A DNA stretch of 64,000 nucleotides from Macrostomum lignano (taxonomy: Eukaryota): assembly GCA_002269645.1 (NCBI GenBank), contig NIVC01000111.1:62001-126000 (forward strand), written 5' to 3'. Below are positions 31,597-44,129 of this stretch, piece after piece. Within the stretch, counting starts at the first letter, position 1. Every line of letters begins with the position of its first letter. Below the pieces are notes generated by a model. That model ran no database searches, was not told where the DNA came from, and saw only the letters and a list, made by a program, of their open reading frames with translations. The position numbers and the translations under genes were made by a program.

Positions 31597-34500
31597 CCCT
31601 GAAACCCCATCCATCATCCCTGAAACCCCATCCATCATCCCTGAAACCCCATCCATCATCCCTGAAACTCCATCCATCATCCCTGAAACCCTCCCTGAAA
31701 CCCCATCCATCATCCCTGAAACCCTCCCTGAAACCCCATCCATCATCCCTGAAGCCCCATCCATCATCCCTGAAACCCTCCCTGAAACCCCATCCATCAT
31801 CCCTGAAACCCCATCCATCATCCCTGAAGCCCCATCCATCATCCCTGAAACCCCATCCATCACCCCTGAAACCCCATCCATCACCCCTGAAACCCCATCC
31901 ATCATCCCTGAAACCCCATCCATCATCCCTGAAACTCCATCCATCATCCCTGAAACCCCATCCATCACCCCTGAAACCTTATCTATCATCCCTGAAACCC
32001 TCCCTGAAACCCCATCCATCATCCCTGAAACCCTCCCTGAAACCCCATCCATCATCCCTGAAACCCCATCCATCATCCCTGAAACCCTCCCTGAAACCCC
32101 ATCCATCATCCCTGAAACCCCATCCATCATCCCTGAAGCCCCATCCATCATCCCTGAAACCCTCCCTGAAACCCCATCCATCATCCCTGAAACCCCATCC
32201 ATCATCACTGAAACCCCATCCATTATCCTTGAAACGCTCCCTGAAACCCCATCCATCATCCCTGAAACCCCCAACCGATCATCCCTGAAACCCCATCCAT
32301 CATCCCTGAAACCCCCAACCGATCATCCCTGAAACCCCCAACCGATCATCCCTGAAACCCCCAACCGATCATCCCTGAAACCCCCAACCGATCATCCCTG
32401 AAACCCCATCCATCATCCCTGAAATCCCCAACCGATCATCCCTGAAACCCCATCCATCATCCCTGAAACCCCCAACCGATCATCCCTGAAACCCCATCCA
32501 TCATCACTGAAACCCCATCCATTATCCTTGAAACGCTCCCTGAAACCCCATCCATCATCCCTGAAATCCCCAACCGATCATCCCTGAAACCCCCGCACTG
32601 ATCATCCCTGAAACCCCATCCATCATCCCTGAAACCCCCAACCGATCATCCCTGAAACCCCATCCATCATCCCTGAAATCCCCAACCGATCATCCCTGAA
32701 ACCCCATCCATCATCCCTGAAATCCCCAACCGATCATCCCTGAAACCCCATCCATCATCCCTGAAACCCCCAACCGATCATCCCTGAAACCCCATCCATC
32801 ATCACTGAAACCCCCAACCGATCATCCCTGAAACCCCATCCATCATCACTGAAACCCCATCCATTATCCTTGAAACGCTCCCTGAAACCCCATCCATCAT
32901 CCCTGAAATCCCCAACCGATCATCCCTGAAACCCCCCCACTGATCATCCCTGAAACCCCATCCATCATCCCTGAAACCTCATGTATCATCCATGAAATCC
33001 CCAACCGATCATCCCTGAAACCCCCAACCGATCATCCCTGAAACCCCATCCATCATCACTGAAACCCCATCCATTATCCTTGAAACGCTCCCTGAAACCC
33101 CATCCATCATCCCTGAAACCCCCAACCGATCATCCCTGAAACCCCATCCATCATCCCTAAAATCCCCAACCGATCATCCCTGAAACCCCATCCATCATCC
33201 CTGAAATCCCCAACCGATCATCCCTGAAACCCCATCCATCATCCCTGAAACCCCCAACCGATCATCCCTGAAACCCCATCCATCATCACTGAAACCCCCA
33301 ACCGATCATCCCTGAAACCCCATCCATCATCACTGAAATCCCATCCATTATCCTTGAAACGCTCCCTGAAACCCCATCCATCATCCCTGAAATCCCCAAC
33401 CGATCATCCCTGAAACCCCACCACTGATCATCCCTGAAACCCCATCCATCATCCCTGAAACCTCATGTATCATCCATGAAATCCCCAACCGATCATCCCT
33501 GAATCCCCCAACCGATCATCCCTGAAACCCCATCCATCATCCCTGAAATCCCCAACCGATCATCCCTGAAACCCCATCCATCATCCCTGAAATCCCCAAC
33601 CGATCATCCCTGAAACCCCATCCATCATCCCTGAAATCCCCAACCGATCATCCCTGAAACCCCATCCATCATCCCTGAAACCCCCAACCGATCATCCCTG
33701 AAACCCCATCCATCATCACTGAAACCCCCAACCGATCATCCCTGAAACCCCATCCATCATCACTGAAACCCCATCCATTATCCTTGAAACGCTCCCTGAA
33801 ACCCCATCCATCATCCCTGAAATCCCCAACCGATCATCCCTGAAACCCCCCCACTGATCATCCCTGAAACCCCATCCATCATCCCTGAAATCCCCAACCG
33901 ATCATCCCTGAAACCCCATCCATCATCCCTGAAACCCCCAACCGATCATCCCTGAAACCCCATCCATCATCACTGAAACCCCATCCATTATCCTTGAAAC
34001 GCTCCCTGAAACCCCATCCATCATCCCTGAAATCCCCAACCGATCATCCCTGAAACCCCCGCACTGATCATCCCTGAAACCCCATCCATCATCCCTGAAA
34101 CCCCCAACCGATCATCCCTGAAACCCCATCCATCATCCATAAAATCCCCAACCGATCATCCCTGAAACCCCATCCATCATCCCTGAAATCCCCAACCGAT
34201 CATCCCTGAAACCCCATCCATCATCCCTGAAACCCCCAACCGATCATCCCTGAAACCCCATCCATCATCACTGAAACCCCCAACCGATCATCCCTGAAAC
34301 CCCATCCATCATCACTGAAACCCCATCCATTATCCTTGAAACGCTCCCTGAAACCCCATCCATCATCCCTGAAATCCCCAACCGATCATCCCTGAAACCC
34401 CCCACTGATCATCCCTGAAACCCCATCCATCATCCCTGAAACCTCATGTATCATCCATGAAATCCCCAACCGATCATCCCTGAATCCCCCAACCGATCAT

Positions 34501-34933
34501 CCCTGAAACCCCATCCATCATCCCTGAAATCCCCAACCGATCATCCCTGAAACCCCATCCATCATCCCTGAAATCCCCAACCGATCATCCCTGAAACCCC
34601 ATCCATCATCCCTGAAATCCCCAACCGATCATCCCTGAAACCCCATCCATCATCCCTGAAACCCCCAACCGATCATCCCTGAAACCCCATCCATCATCAC
34701 TGAAACCCCCAACCGATCATCCCTGAAACCCCATCCATCATCACTGAAACCCCATCCATTATCCTTGAAACGCTCCCTGAAACCCCATCCATCATCCCTG
34801 AAATCCCTAACCGATCATCCCTGAAACCCCCCCACTGATCATCCCTGAAACCCCATCCATCATCCCTGAAACCCCATCCATCATCCCTGAAACCTCATGT
34901 ATCATCCCTGAAACCCCCAACCCATCATCCCTG
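31597..34933. repeat. 3.3-kb satellite of interleaved 21-bp (CCCTGAAACCCCATCCATCAT) and 23-bp (CCCTGAAACCCCCAACCGATCAT) units
   Basis: Direct reading; recurring variant CCATTATCCTTGAAACGCT. Confidence 0.96.
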
Positions 34934-35399
34934 ACAACTACCTGTCTTGGATTCAGTATTCTTGGCATAAACAGTAATAACCAAAACTCGAACACATTCA
35001 TTATAAAATACACAGTTTCAGCAGTTTAATTTATCTATTTAAAATATTTTAGCATTCGGTCACGTGCAGAATAGCTGATCAATTATTAAAATCAATTATT
35101 TAATTCTTTCTAATGGAGTGGCTCGCAGGTTGTCAAATATTCGACCAGCTCAAGCGACAGTTGCTTAATAGAAACGAAAGCGACTGCTCGATCGATAAGT
35201 GCCTTGTCTGGGCAGGGACGGCGGTGGGAAATGGCTTCGAATTTGAAATGCGACATTTTTGCTAATTGCAGGGAAGTGTAAAGAGTGCTCTCGAGTGCCG
35301 CCTGTACTTGATACCGGTGTTCTAACCTTTAACAAGGGCGAGAGGGACGCAATGGGCAATGTATGGATTTAGTTAGGTATAATGATTTAGCCATATAGG

Positions 35400-35400
<1 letters not shown>

Positions 35401-35476
<76 letters not shown>

Positions 35477-35612
35477 GCACACACACACACAGACAGACAG
35501 ACAGACAGACAGACAGACGCGCACACACACACACACACAGACAGACAGACAGACAGACAGACACAGACAGACGCACACACACACAGACAGACAGACACAC
35601 ACACACACACAC

Positions 35613-35651
<39 letters not shown>

Positions 35652-35696
35652 CAGACAGACGCACACACACACAGACAGACAGACACACACACACAC

Positions 35697-35739
<43 letters not shown>

Positions 35740-35788
35740 CAGACAGACGCACACACACACAGACAGACAGACAGACACACACACACAC

Positions 35789-35835
<47 letters not shown>

Positions 35836-35876
35836 CAGACAGACGCACACACACACAGACAGACAGACAGACACAA
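35401..35876. repeat. (CAGA)n/(CA)n compound microsatellite
   Basis: Direct reading. Confidence 0.97.
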
Positions 35877-36715
35877 GCAGGAATCAAATCAGGCAGGCAG
35901 GCACCTGTGAGCAGGGGAGAATTGATAGAGCAGGCGGGCAGCCAAGGCCGAGAGCCACATGTCGCGAACTCAAGCGCTGCAGGCAACCCTCTCGATTTCG
36001 CACGCCCGCCTCAGCTCGCCTGCATTCCCGAAACCTTCTCAGCCTTTTTATTTCCCTTTTTCTTTCCCCTCGCCACCCCCCCCCCTGGTCCCTTTAGTCC
36101 TTCGGCAGCTCGAATTCCCCGAGGGAAAATGAGAGGCAGATTCTCTGCTGCTGTTTTGGAGACACGGCGCCCCTGAGGGGGGGGGCTGCCCGCCCAGCTG
36201 CTGCAGAGATGAGGAAGCGATGGGTCAGCAGCACTGCCTCGAGCACACGAGCCTCTCGAGAGTAATTGCGACACCTGCCTCAAAGAGACACCTAGGGGGT
36301 GGGGATCTCTCAACCTTAATTAGAAATTGTCCACACGCGAAGCTGAGCTGGAGTTTGCGAAACAGGAAAAACAGGCTGCCATTGCTGCTGCTGGAGAGGA
36401 AAAAATTAAAGAGCTGACAGGACGGGAGATTTCAACACGCGAATCCCTGGGGGAGAAAGAGGGGAGCTTGGGGACCTTCGCACCCGGATTTGTCAATGAA
36501 TGATGAATGAGGCAGACTGCGAACTGTCGCTCATCCACTGCTCGGGTTTACCTCTCCCCGGGTTTGACGAATGAGAGATGAATAAATTTATTTGATTTTC
36601 CTGCTTGGCAAGACTGACAGAAGCAGATCGCTTTGATTTATGGTTAAATGCATGTGAGAGTAGCTGTATCGGGTCGCGGGCTTGCGAAAGGTATATGGAG
36701 AGAAAAGAGAAGAGG

Positions 36716-37145
<430 letters not shown>

Positions 37146-37939
37146 CTCATTCCTGCAAGCACTCTCTCAGTCATGTCACATTTTCACTTCAGGACTAATT
37201 ATCTTCAGTCGTCAGGATTTCAAATAGAAAGGGCGGAATACGATGAGCTAGATAATGCTCACGGACATAATTCCCTGTCACACATCTCTGCTCAGTGCTT
37301 TTATCCAGCTAGATTAGATTATGTGCATGATGGGTCCAGTGCCCAGAAGCGGTATCTAGAAGCGGCCTAGGAAAGCGAAATTCGCTTATATACCTTAGTA
37401 AGTATAGGTAATGTTTTCTTCTCTAAAATACCGGTAGTATTAAGCAATCCCTTGCTAAAATGAAGTTCGATCTGCCCAGATTTGGCTATTGCCGACTTCA
37501 TTTTAATCTAATTTAGATTTTCCTTTCGTCAATTCGTCTTTTTTTCAATGAATCTCCTTCAGCTAAAAGGCTCGCAGCTTTCGGGCCCGAATGAGGATGC
37601 CTGAACCTTCGCTTAGCAACTAAGGCTGGGCTAAGCGCCAAATTTAGAAATTAAAATTCTGTGTTTCAATTTATCGAATTGATTAAAACAGACGCTCGCC
37701 ACAGATGGGGCTCGCTTTGAATTATCTGCTTTTTAGGCCTTTTCGTGAGATTGAGGCATGAAATTCCCAATTTTTGTTAAATAAGCCTTCGGTTTTCAAG
37801 TCAGCCTCTTTATTGCTAAACTGCACTAAAATTTTAACAACGTTCGCGAAAATTGAAGTTTTAGCACAATTCACAATAAATTTAGTTCACATGCACTACC
37901 CCTCCTTCACGTCTCTCCACTCCACCTCATCTGCACTTC

Positions 37940-38225
37940 AGTCTCTCTCCATCCCATCTCTCCCCTCCTCCACTCCATCTCTCCCCTCCTCCACTCCATC
38001 TCTCCCCTCCTCCACTCCATCTCTCCCCTCCTCCACTCCATCTCTCACCTCCTCCTCTCCATATCTCCCCTCCTCCACTCCATCTCTCACCTCCTCCTCT
38101 CCATCTCTCCCCTCCTCCACTCCATCTCTCACCTCCTCTACTCCATCTCTCACTTCCTCCACTCTATCTCTCCCCTCCACTCTATTTCTCACCTCCTCCA
38201 CTCGATCTCTTCCTCACTCCCCCTC
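37940..38225. repeat. 21-bp pyrimidine-rich minisatellite (CTCCACTCCATCTCTCCCCTC)n
   Basis: Direct reading. Confidence 0.9.
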
Positions 38226-38903
38226 ATCAACGAGTACCTTCATCTTTCCGCTCAAACGCAGTTCTGAAATCGAAGTTTGAACTAATCTGGATGCATAAAA
38301 TATAACAATATTTTATTGTTCCCTTACAGCCTACTCTAAGTAGCAAAACAGACATAATAGTAGTAAGACTGCAGCTAATGTTGACTAATCTATACTTCTT
38401 CCCTACAACTCCTGTACCTTCAGCGTGGCAGCTCAATGTTTTTTGCCTGACATCTGGAGTCTCGCAGCTGCTCAGCTATCCTTCCAGGATGCCAGGAAAT
38501 CGGCCAAGAAAACGTGACGTCTTTCCCCACCCCAAACTCGAAACAGAGATGGATGGCCGTGGCCACGAGAGCAGCTGAGCACAAATCGGTATTAAGGCAG
38601 CGATAAGTATGTGTGCATTTGCGCGAGCCACGGCTGTAGCATGAGCTCACGAATGGCCAACAGGATTCGAGTTCTCCTGAGCTCTGTTAAGCTTGAGTTT
38701 GCTCTCATGTGTATACGAGGCTGCTTTTTAGGAGAGGAAGGGGAGAACGAACTGGGGACGCGGGTATTTGGGGAATAAAGATGCAGCACCTGGACATGGG
38801 GACTAAATGCATTCTACACCCCCAGTCCGAGTCTAGATAAACCCAGCCATAATTAATCGATTCCCAAGGTTAATCGGAGATTAACGAACGTAGGGAACAC
38901 CTG

Positions 38904-41475
38904 ATGGACTGGCTTCGGAGACTCCGGAATCGACTGGGCTCCGCTGGCAGGTCAGTAATTCAGCGAATCTTTGATACTGCTAGCATGGGGAGTCAGCAGC
39001 AACATGCTCAAAGTAATGATGAAGGAATAGAAGATTGCGAGAGCTCAGCAGAGACGGCCGATCTGAGGCCTACGGAGGCGATGAGGCGCAGGTTGATGCT
39101 GAGAAGGCAAAGCGTCAGCGCGGAGAAGCCGGAGCCTGAGGACGGGCGAGAATGGCACGCGGTGAGATCAGATCGAGTTGTTTTCGAATAGCTCCGATTT
39201 TTAGTGGGTGAATCGTGTGCAGTCAAATTTCAGCGCAAACACAAGGTTTTTTTTTAAACTGAGGAATTCACTGTGGGAAAAACATGCTAAACTTGAATGA
39301 CATTGTGTCATGCTGTACGCTCATTATTCCACGCTTAGGAATCATTATTTTAGGCTTCTAAAAATACATTCATGAGACAATGTGTTTGTGTATATGGTTT
39401 TGTCATAGACAAAGATAAATTTTAGTCACTCGTGGCTTCGCTTACCAAGTTGGCAAAGTATCATTGTCATGAGCTTAGAAAGTATACAATGTTGTTGCCC
39501 AACTTCAATCGACTTGAAAAGTTTACAAAGTACATGCTCTGTCTCTACATCCAAGTACTTGGAAAGTGACTCGAGAGAACATTGCATACTAGCTTGAAAG
39601 TGCTTATCGAATGAACTTGAGAAACTCGGAAACTTCATAGGCTTGGCAAGTTTGGGTTGTTTTTTTTCTCAGGCAACTTCTTCTCATCATTGAAGACTGA
39701 ATAGAAAAATCCATTTGTGCCAATTTCGTCAGCGTTACTGTTTGTTGAACTGGGTTTAGGCGCTTTTGCACAGCTGCGGTGTGATAGGATAGTCATTTAG
39801 ATGGAGGGAGAATGAGCAAGAACTAAGACTGCAGAAATAATCCCCCCCTCCAAACAGCCTTTCTTTGCCAAATCAGCTGACGAACTGCGCCAACTGACGG
39901 AATCGCTGCGCAACATCATATTCCTACGGGAGCTGGAGCCGTCCGATCTGCGTCGCATTGCAACAGCGATGCGCGAGCGAACTGTCCAACCCGGTGAGTC
40001 TTTGTTGGGACACGAAAGTCGGACTTTGCTTTTCCTATAAAACTTGAAAAAGTAAGCAGGTACAAAGTACATACGCAGTGAACAACAAGTCAACAACAGC
40101 AATAGAAAGTGTGCTGCTACGCTCGTAAAAGAGTAGAACAACTTTGGAGAAATTTTAGGCCACGCCATCGGCAGAATCGATGAAACGCTGCCGGCCCTCG
40201 CCGGTAAGTTGGTTGGCCGCAGTGTCAGAAGCAGCTGCTACCGCACACTGGTTGTGGGCAGCAAGACACTTAGATGACAACAGCTCTGTGAAATTTTTAT
40301 GTTAAACTTATAGCTTGGCCCTCAGAATGGTTAGCTGTGAAGGAAAGCATCAATCTAAGACTCTATAAGCGTTCATATCGATGTACTCGTTAAGTAGAAT
40401 ACTGATTCCAAGGAAATTCCCAAACTTAAGCAATCATGCTTTTCAAAGTTGCAACAAAGAAACTTCATCCGTATCTTAACTTCTGTTCAACATTACATGA
40501 ACACAAACAGGTCTTCTTTTGAAATAGGCCTTTGAAACCCCAAATTTTTATTGAAATTATTAAAGTATGAATTATTTCATTTATTGCAATCATTACCAAA
40601 TATTTATTGGAATCATCATTCATCGTTACGAGTTTCGTACGCACTTTGAATCTCTGCTTTTTGAATTGTACGAGCTGCAAGTTAAATCTAAAGACACCTT
40701 ACAATTACCCATTGAATAATTAACATGCTTCCTTCCAAACACAGCGGAAACGGTCATACGCGAAGGTGACAACGGCGACAATTTCTATGTGATCCGGCGT
40801 GGTCACTTCGTTGTGACGGCAAAACAAGCTGATGGCACCGCAGAGGTGATCCGCCAGTTGACCGATCAAACGCAGCATGTTGGAGAAGCCGCTCATGCTC
40901 GCAACTACTTCGGCGAGCTCGCGTTGCTCTACAATCGGCCGAGATCGGCCAGCGTGATCGAAGCAGGCGGCGACGGGCAGGGCGGCAGCCTGTGGGTGCT
41001 GGACGGCTCCGCGTTCCGTCGGCTGGTGATTCGGGCCGGGCGTCAGCGCCGACTCGAGCGTCTCCGGATGCTTCGTCGGGTCCCCGCTCTGCGGGATGGA
41101 TTGTCGACCGACGAGTTGGAGCGACTGGCTGACGCGCTGACCTTGCGAGAGTTCTCCCTCGGAGAGGTGGTCTGTTCTAGAGGCGACGAAGCCGATGGAA
41201 TGTACTTTGTGCTTAGTGGAGGCGCCAGGGTAGTTGGCGATGGCGAAGTGAATTTGAGAACGCTCGGGCCTGGAGATTACTTCGGAGAGGCAGCATTGAT
41301 TGACAGAAAGCCTCGCTCTGCCACGGTTGTTGCTGTGACCAGCAGCGATGGCGAAAGCAATGGCGAAGCCGAGGCTATGGCTACGATGGCTTTCCTAGAT
41401 CGGTCAGCTTTTGAACGGCTGCTGGGTCCCTGTGTGGAGCTCATGCGCCGGGGAATGGAAAAGTACACAGACTGA
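38904..41475 (+). CDS. cAMP-dependent protein kinase regulatory subunit-like (RII-type inhibitor site), 374 aa; join(38904..39161,39858..39993,40745..41475)
   Basis: RRQSVSAE inhibitor motif; KSADELRQL hinge; VIREGDNGDNFYVI; two phosphate-binding cassettes (FGELALLYNRPRSASV, FGEAALIDRKPRSATV). Canonical GTGAG donors and CAG acceptors with matching phases (0 and 1). Confidence 0.88.
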
Positions 41476-42802
41476 TGAGCAACTGTTACAAATCACAAGT
41501 TTAAGTTTGATGAACGCCTAGAATAACGGGTTATCCAGTAAGGCGGGCGGACAAACTTTACAGACCCGATGAAAACGGTACCCAGGCCAAGAAGCGTCCC
41601 AGAGTCACTTGCGTCGCCCCAGAATCGTTCTAGACGCGTTGCAGATTACATAGGTTAAATGGGACAGAAGTGACTCTAAACGCTTCTAAAGCGACGAAAT
41701 GTCACGGTACAAGTCGCCAAAAAGTCGTCAAAGAGTCGCCCCAGAATCACTTTGAAGCGTTTCATTGTCTGCGACTCTAAAACGATTCTGGGGCGACGCA
41801 AGTGATTCTGGCGCGACTCTAGTGACTCTGGGGCGACGGTATAACGATTCTGGGGCCGTAGAGTCGTATTTGACGCGTTCCAGAGTCGCATTAGAGTCAC
41901 TAAGTTGTGTTTGAAGCGCATTTGCGTCACTTTATGAATTAGAGTCACATTTCCGGCGTTTCAGCGGCGTTTTGCAGTCGCTAAAAAGTCGCAAAAGAAG
42001 CGCTTTAGCGTCACTGTAGAATCGTTACTGCGGCACTTCTGAGGCGCTCTGGACGCGTTAGAAGCGTTATACAGTCGCTAAAAAGTCGCAAAAGAAGCGC
42101 TTTAGCGCCACTATAGAATCGTTAGTGCGTCGCATCTGAGGCGCTTCGGACGCGTTACAGAGTCGTTACTACTACCGGCCTTGAACAGACTGCTGGATCC
42201 TCATTTCTGGTGCATAGAAAGTGCATGCTCTTCAGCTAGAAACCCAGTACGCTGCAAACTTAGCGAAATAATGCAAAATTCGGAAAAGAACGAATTTCTT
42301 TTGAAAATTTTCATGTGTTTTCGACAGGCGTCACAAGTCTGCCATTTATTGTTGAATATTGGCCGCCAGTTTATTGTTATATTATTACAACAAAAATAGT
42401 GACAAAAGGGTATTACTCGTAGTATTATTAGTGGCAGTGTTAGTAACAGTAGTAATAACTATTAAGTGGAAGTACAGAATGATCACGAATATTACAGTTG
42501 AGTGATGATAAGTTTATTATTAGTATTACATTTATTATTATTATCAAAAATAGTGATTGAATTATTGAGATTATTAACAATAGAAATCATTAAATTATTA
42601 TCAAACATAAGTGAAACATCGACAATCAAAATGATTTATACATATACAATAGACAACGAATTCTCGCAGCTACGCTTTCATACAAGGAGAGTGGATAAGA
42701 GTAGCAGATTTATCGTATCGTTCTACGAGTACGCTCGTACAATACAATAGTCTTGTGCTATCAAAGTATTGCAACCTTTACAAGTACTTACAAGGCTACA
42801 AG

Positions 42803-42960
42803 CAGGGGCGTAGGGAGGGGGGAATGGGGGGATGTATATCCCCCTCCGAAGAGCCTGATGAAAACTTTTTTGTTGCCCTTTGTTGCTATACATGCTACCA
42901 TGTGAGCACTTTTACCTTGGTGTATCCCCCCCCGTAGGAAATTCCTGGCTACGCCCCCTG
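42803..42960. mobile_element. Short non-autonomous hAT-like MITE
   Basis: Ends CAGGGGCGTAG / CTACGCCCCCTG; flanking 8-mers GCTACAAG and ACTAAAAG match at 6/8. Confidence 0.55.
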
Positions 42961-43620
42961 ACTAAAAGATCGAAGATGGGGAGGAGGGCCTCGAAGACAA
43001 GCCACGCAGTGGCTGGCCGGCAGAGCTGGACGGCGGTGCATTTGAGCTGCTGCTTGAAAGGGACACCCGGCAGACCACGGGTGAGCTGGCCGCGCAGCTG
43101 GCTGTGCATCATTCCACTGTTGCTGACCACCTTGACCGTCTGAACAAGAAGCCAAAGCTGGGGATGCTGGGTGCTCCACCAGCTGACCTCCATTAACAGG
43201 TTGATTCCGATGCAAAGCCAGAGTGAGAGACCAAGGCTGAGCTGCACCCCAAGAAGGTCATGCTTTCAGTATTCTGGGACACGAAAGGAATCATAACGTG
43301 GGAGCTGCTGTTGAAGAACATTAGCATCAATGCCACTTTCCACCAGGAGCAGCTTGAGCGCCTGCATCAGAAGCTGGCTGAGGTGCGCCCTGAACGTCGC
43401 CGGGTCATATTGCTGCACGACAACGCACCTGCGCACAAGGCACAGTCGACCCGTCAGAAGCTGCTCGAGTTGGGCTGGAAGATTCTTTCCCACCGTACAG
43501 CACCCACCGATTATCACCTGTTTGCCGCCCTCAGCCGGCAAAAAGTTAAATAATGAGGACGACCTGAAGACCCACCTGACAAACTTCTTCGAGGGCCAAC
43601 AATGCCCGGAGCTCTATAAC
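42961..43620 (+). pseudogene. Degenerate mariner transposase
   Basis: GLEDKPRSG.P, WVLHQLT, KKVMLSVFWD.KG, LLHDNAPAHKA, APTDYHLF; deletions and frameshifts. Confidence 0.85.
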
Positions 43621-43829
43621 CATGTCAATGTAAATTGATAACCCCGTCGAGGGCTGAGCAATAAGTTTCCGGATGTGCATAGTTGAGAGGCGGCTGACAA
43701 AATCTGACACCATAGGAGTCAAGTACATTATATAAGTACAATTTTTGTAAAGTTTCAAACACACTGGTCATGTATAGGCTGTGCAGCACCCAAACCAAGC
43801 TAGCATACCCACCCTATCTATCAAATTCG

Positions 43830-43960
43830 CAGTGGAGCTCAATAGGATTCATTGTAAAGCAATGATTTATTACGATTTTAAAAGTGGTTTGCGGCAGCAA
43901 GAAAGTCTTGAGCGATTGCGAGGAGCTTTTGGGGATGAAGCACCTTCTAGATGTAACTGT
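43830..43960 (+). pseudogene. Second mariner fragment (N-terminal HTH)
   Basis: MIYYDFKSGL.QQESLERLRGAFGDEAPS. Confidence 0.7.
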
Positions 43961-44129
43961 TTTTTTCTCTGTCTGGGCACATCCGGAAACTTATTGCTCA
44001 GCCCTCGTACAGAAAACTTTTACATTGAATGAACTAGTGACAAATGTGAAAAAAAAATCCCTACAAGCTGACGTTCCCGCAAACTGCAATGCCTGTTTAA
44101 TTATTGATTAGTTTAATATTTGTCTTATG

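Noticed and set aside
26327-35986. Repeat ORFs (LTLSDTNCTH, PQFYPKSVKS, IHESPFTIPY, LKPHPSS, CVCLS)
   Set aside because: Coincide with tandem arrays and are open in several frames or strands.
36130-36510. Helical fragment ELEFAKQEKQAAIAAAGEEKIKEL
   Set aside because: Short and frameshifted with no diagnostic motif; cannot be assigned as ankyrin-gene exon or gag remnant.
39560-39790. Possible mariner C-terminal remnant (FNDEKKL) on the - strand
   Set aside because: Too short and degenerate to support.
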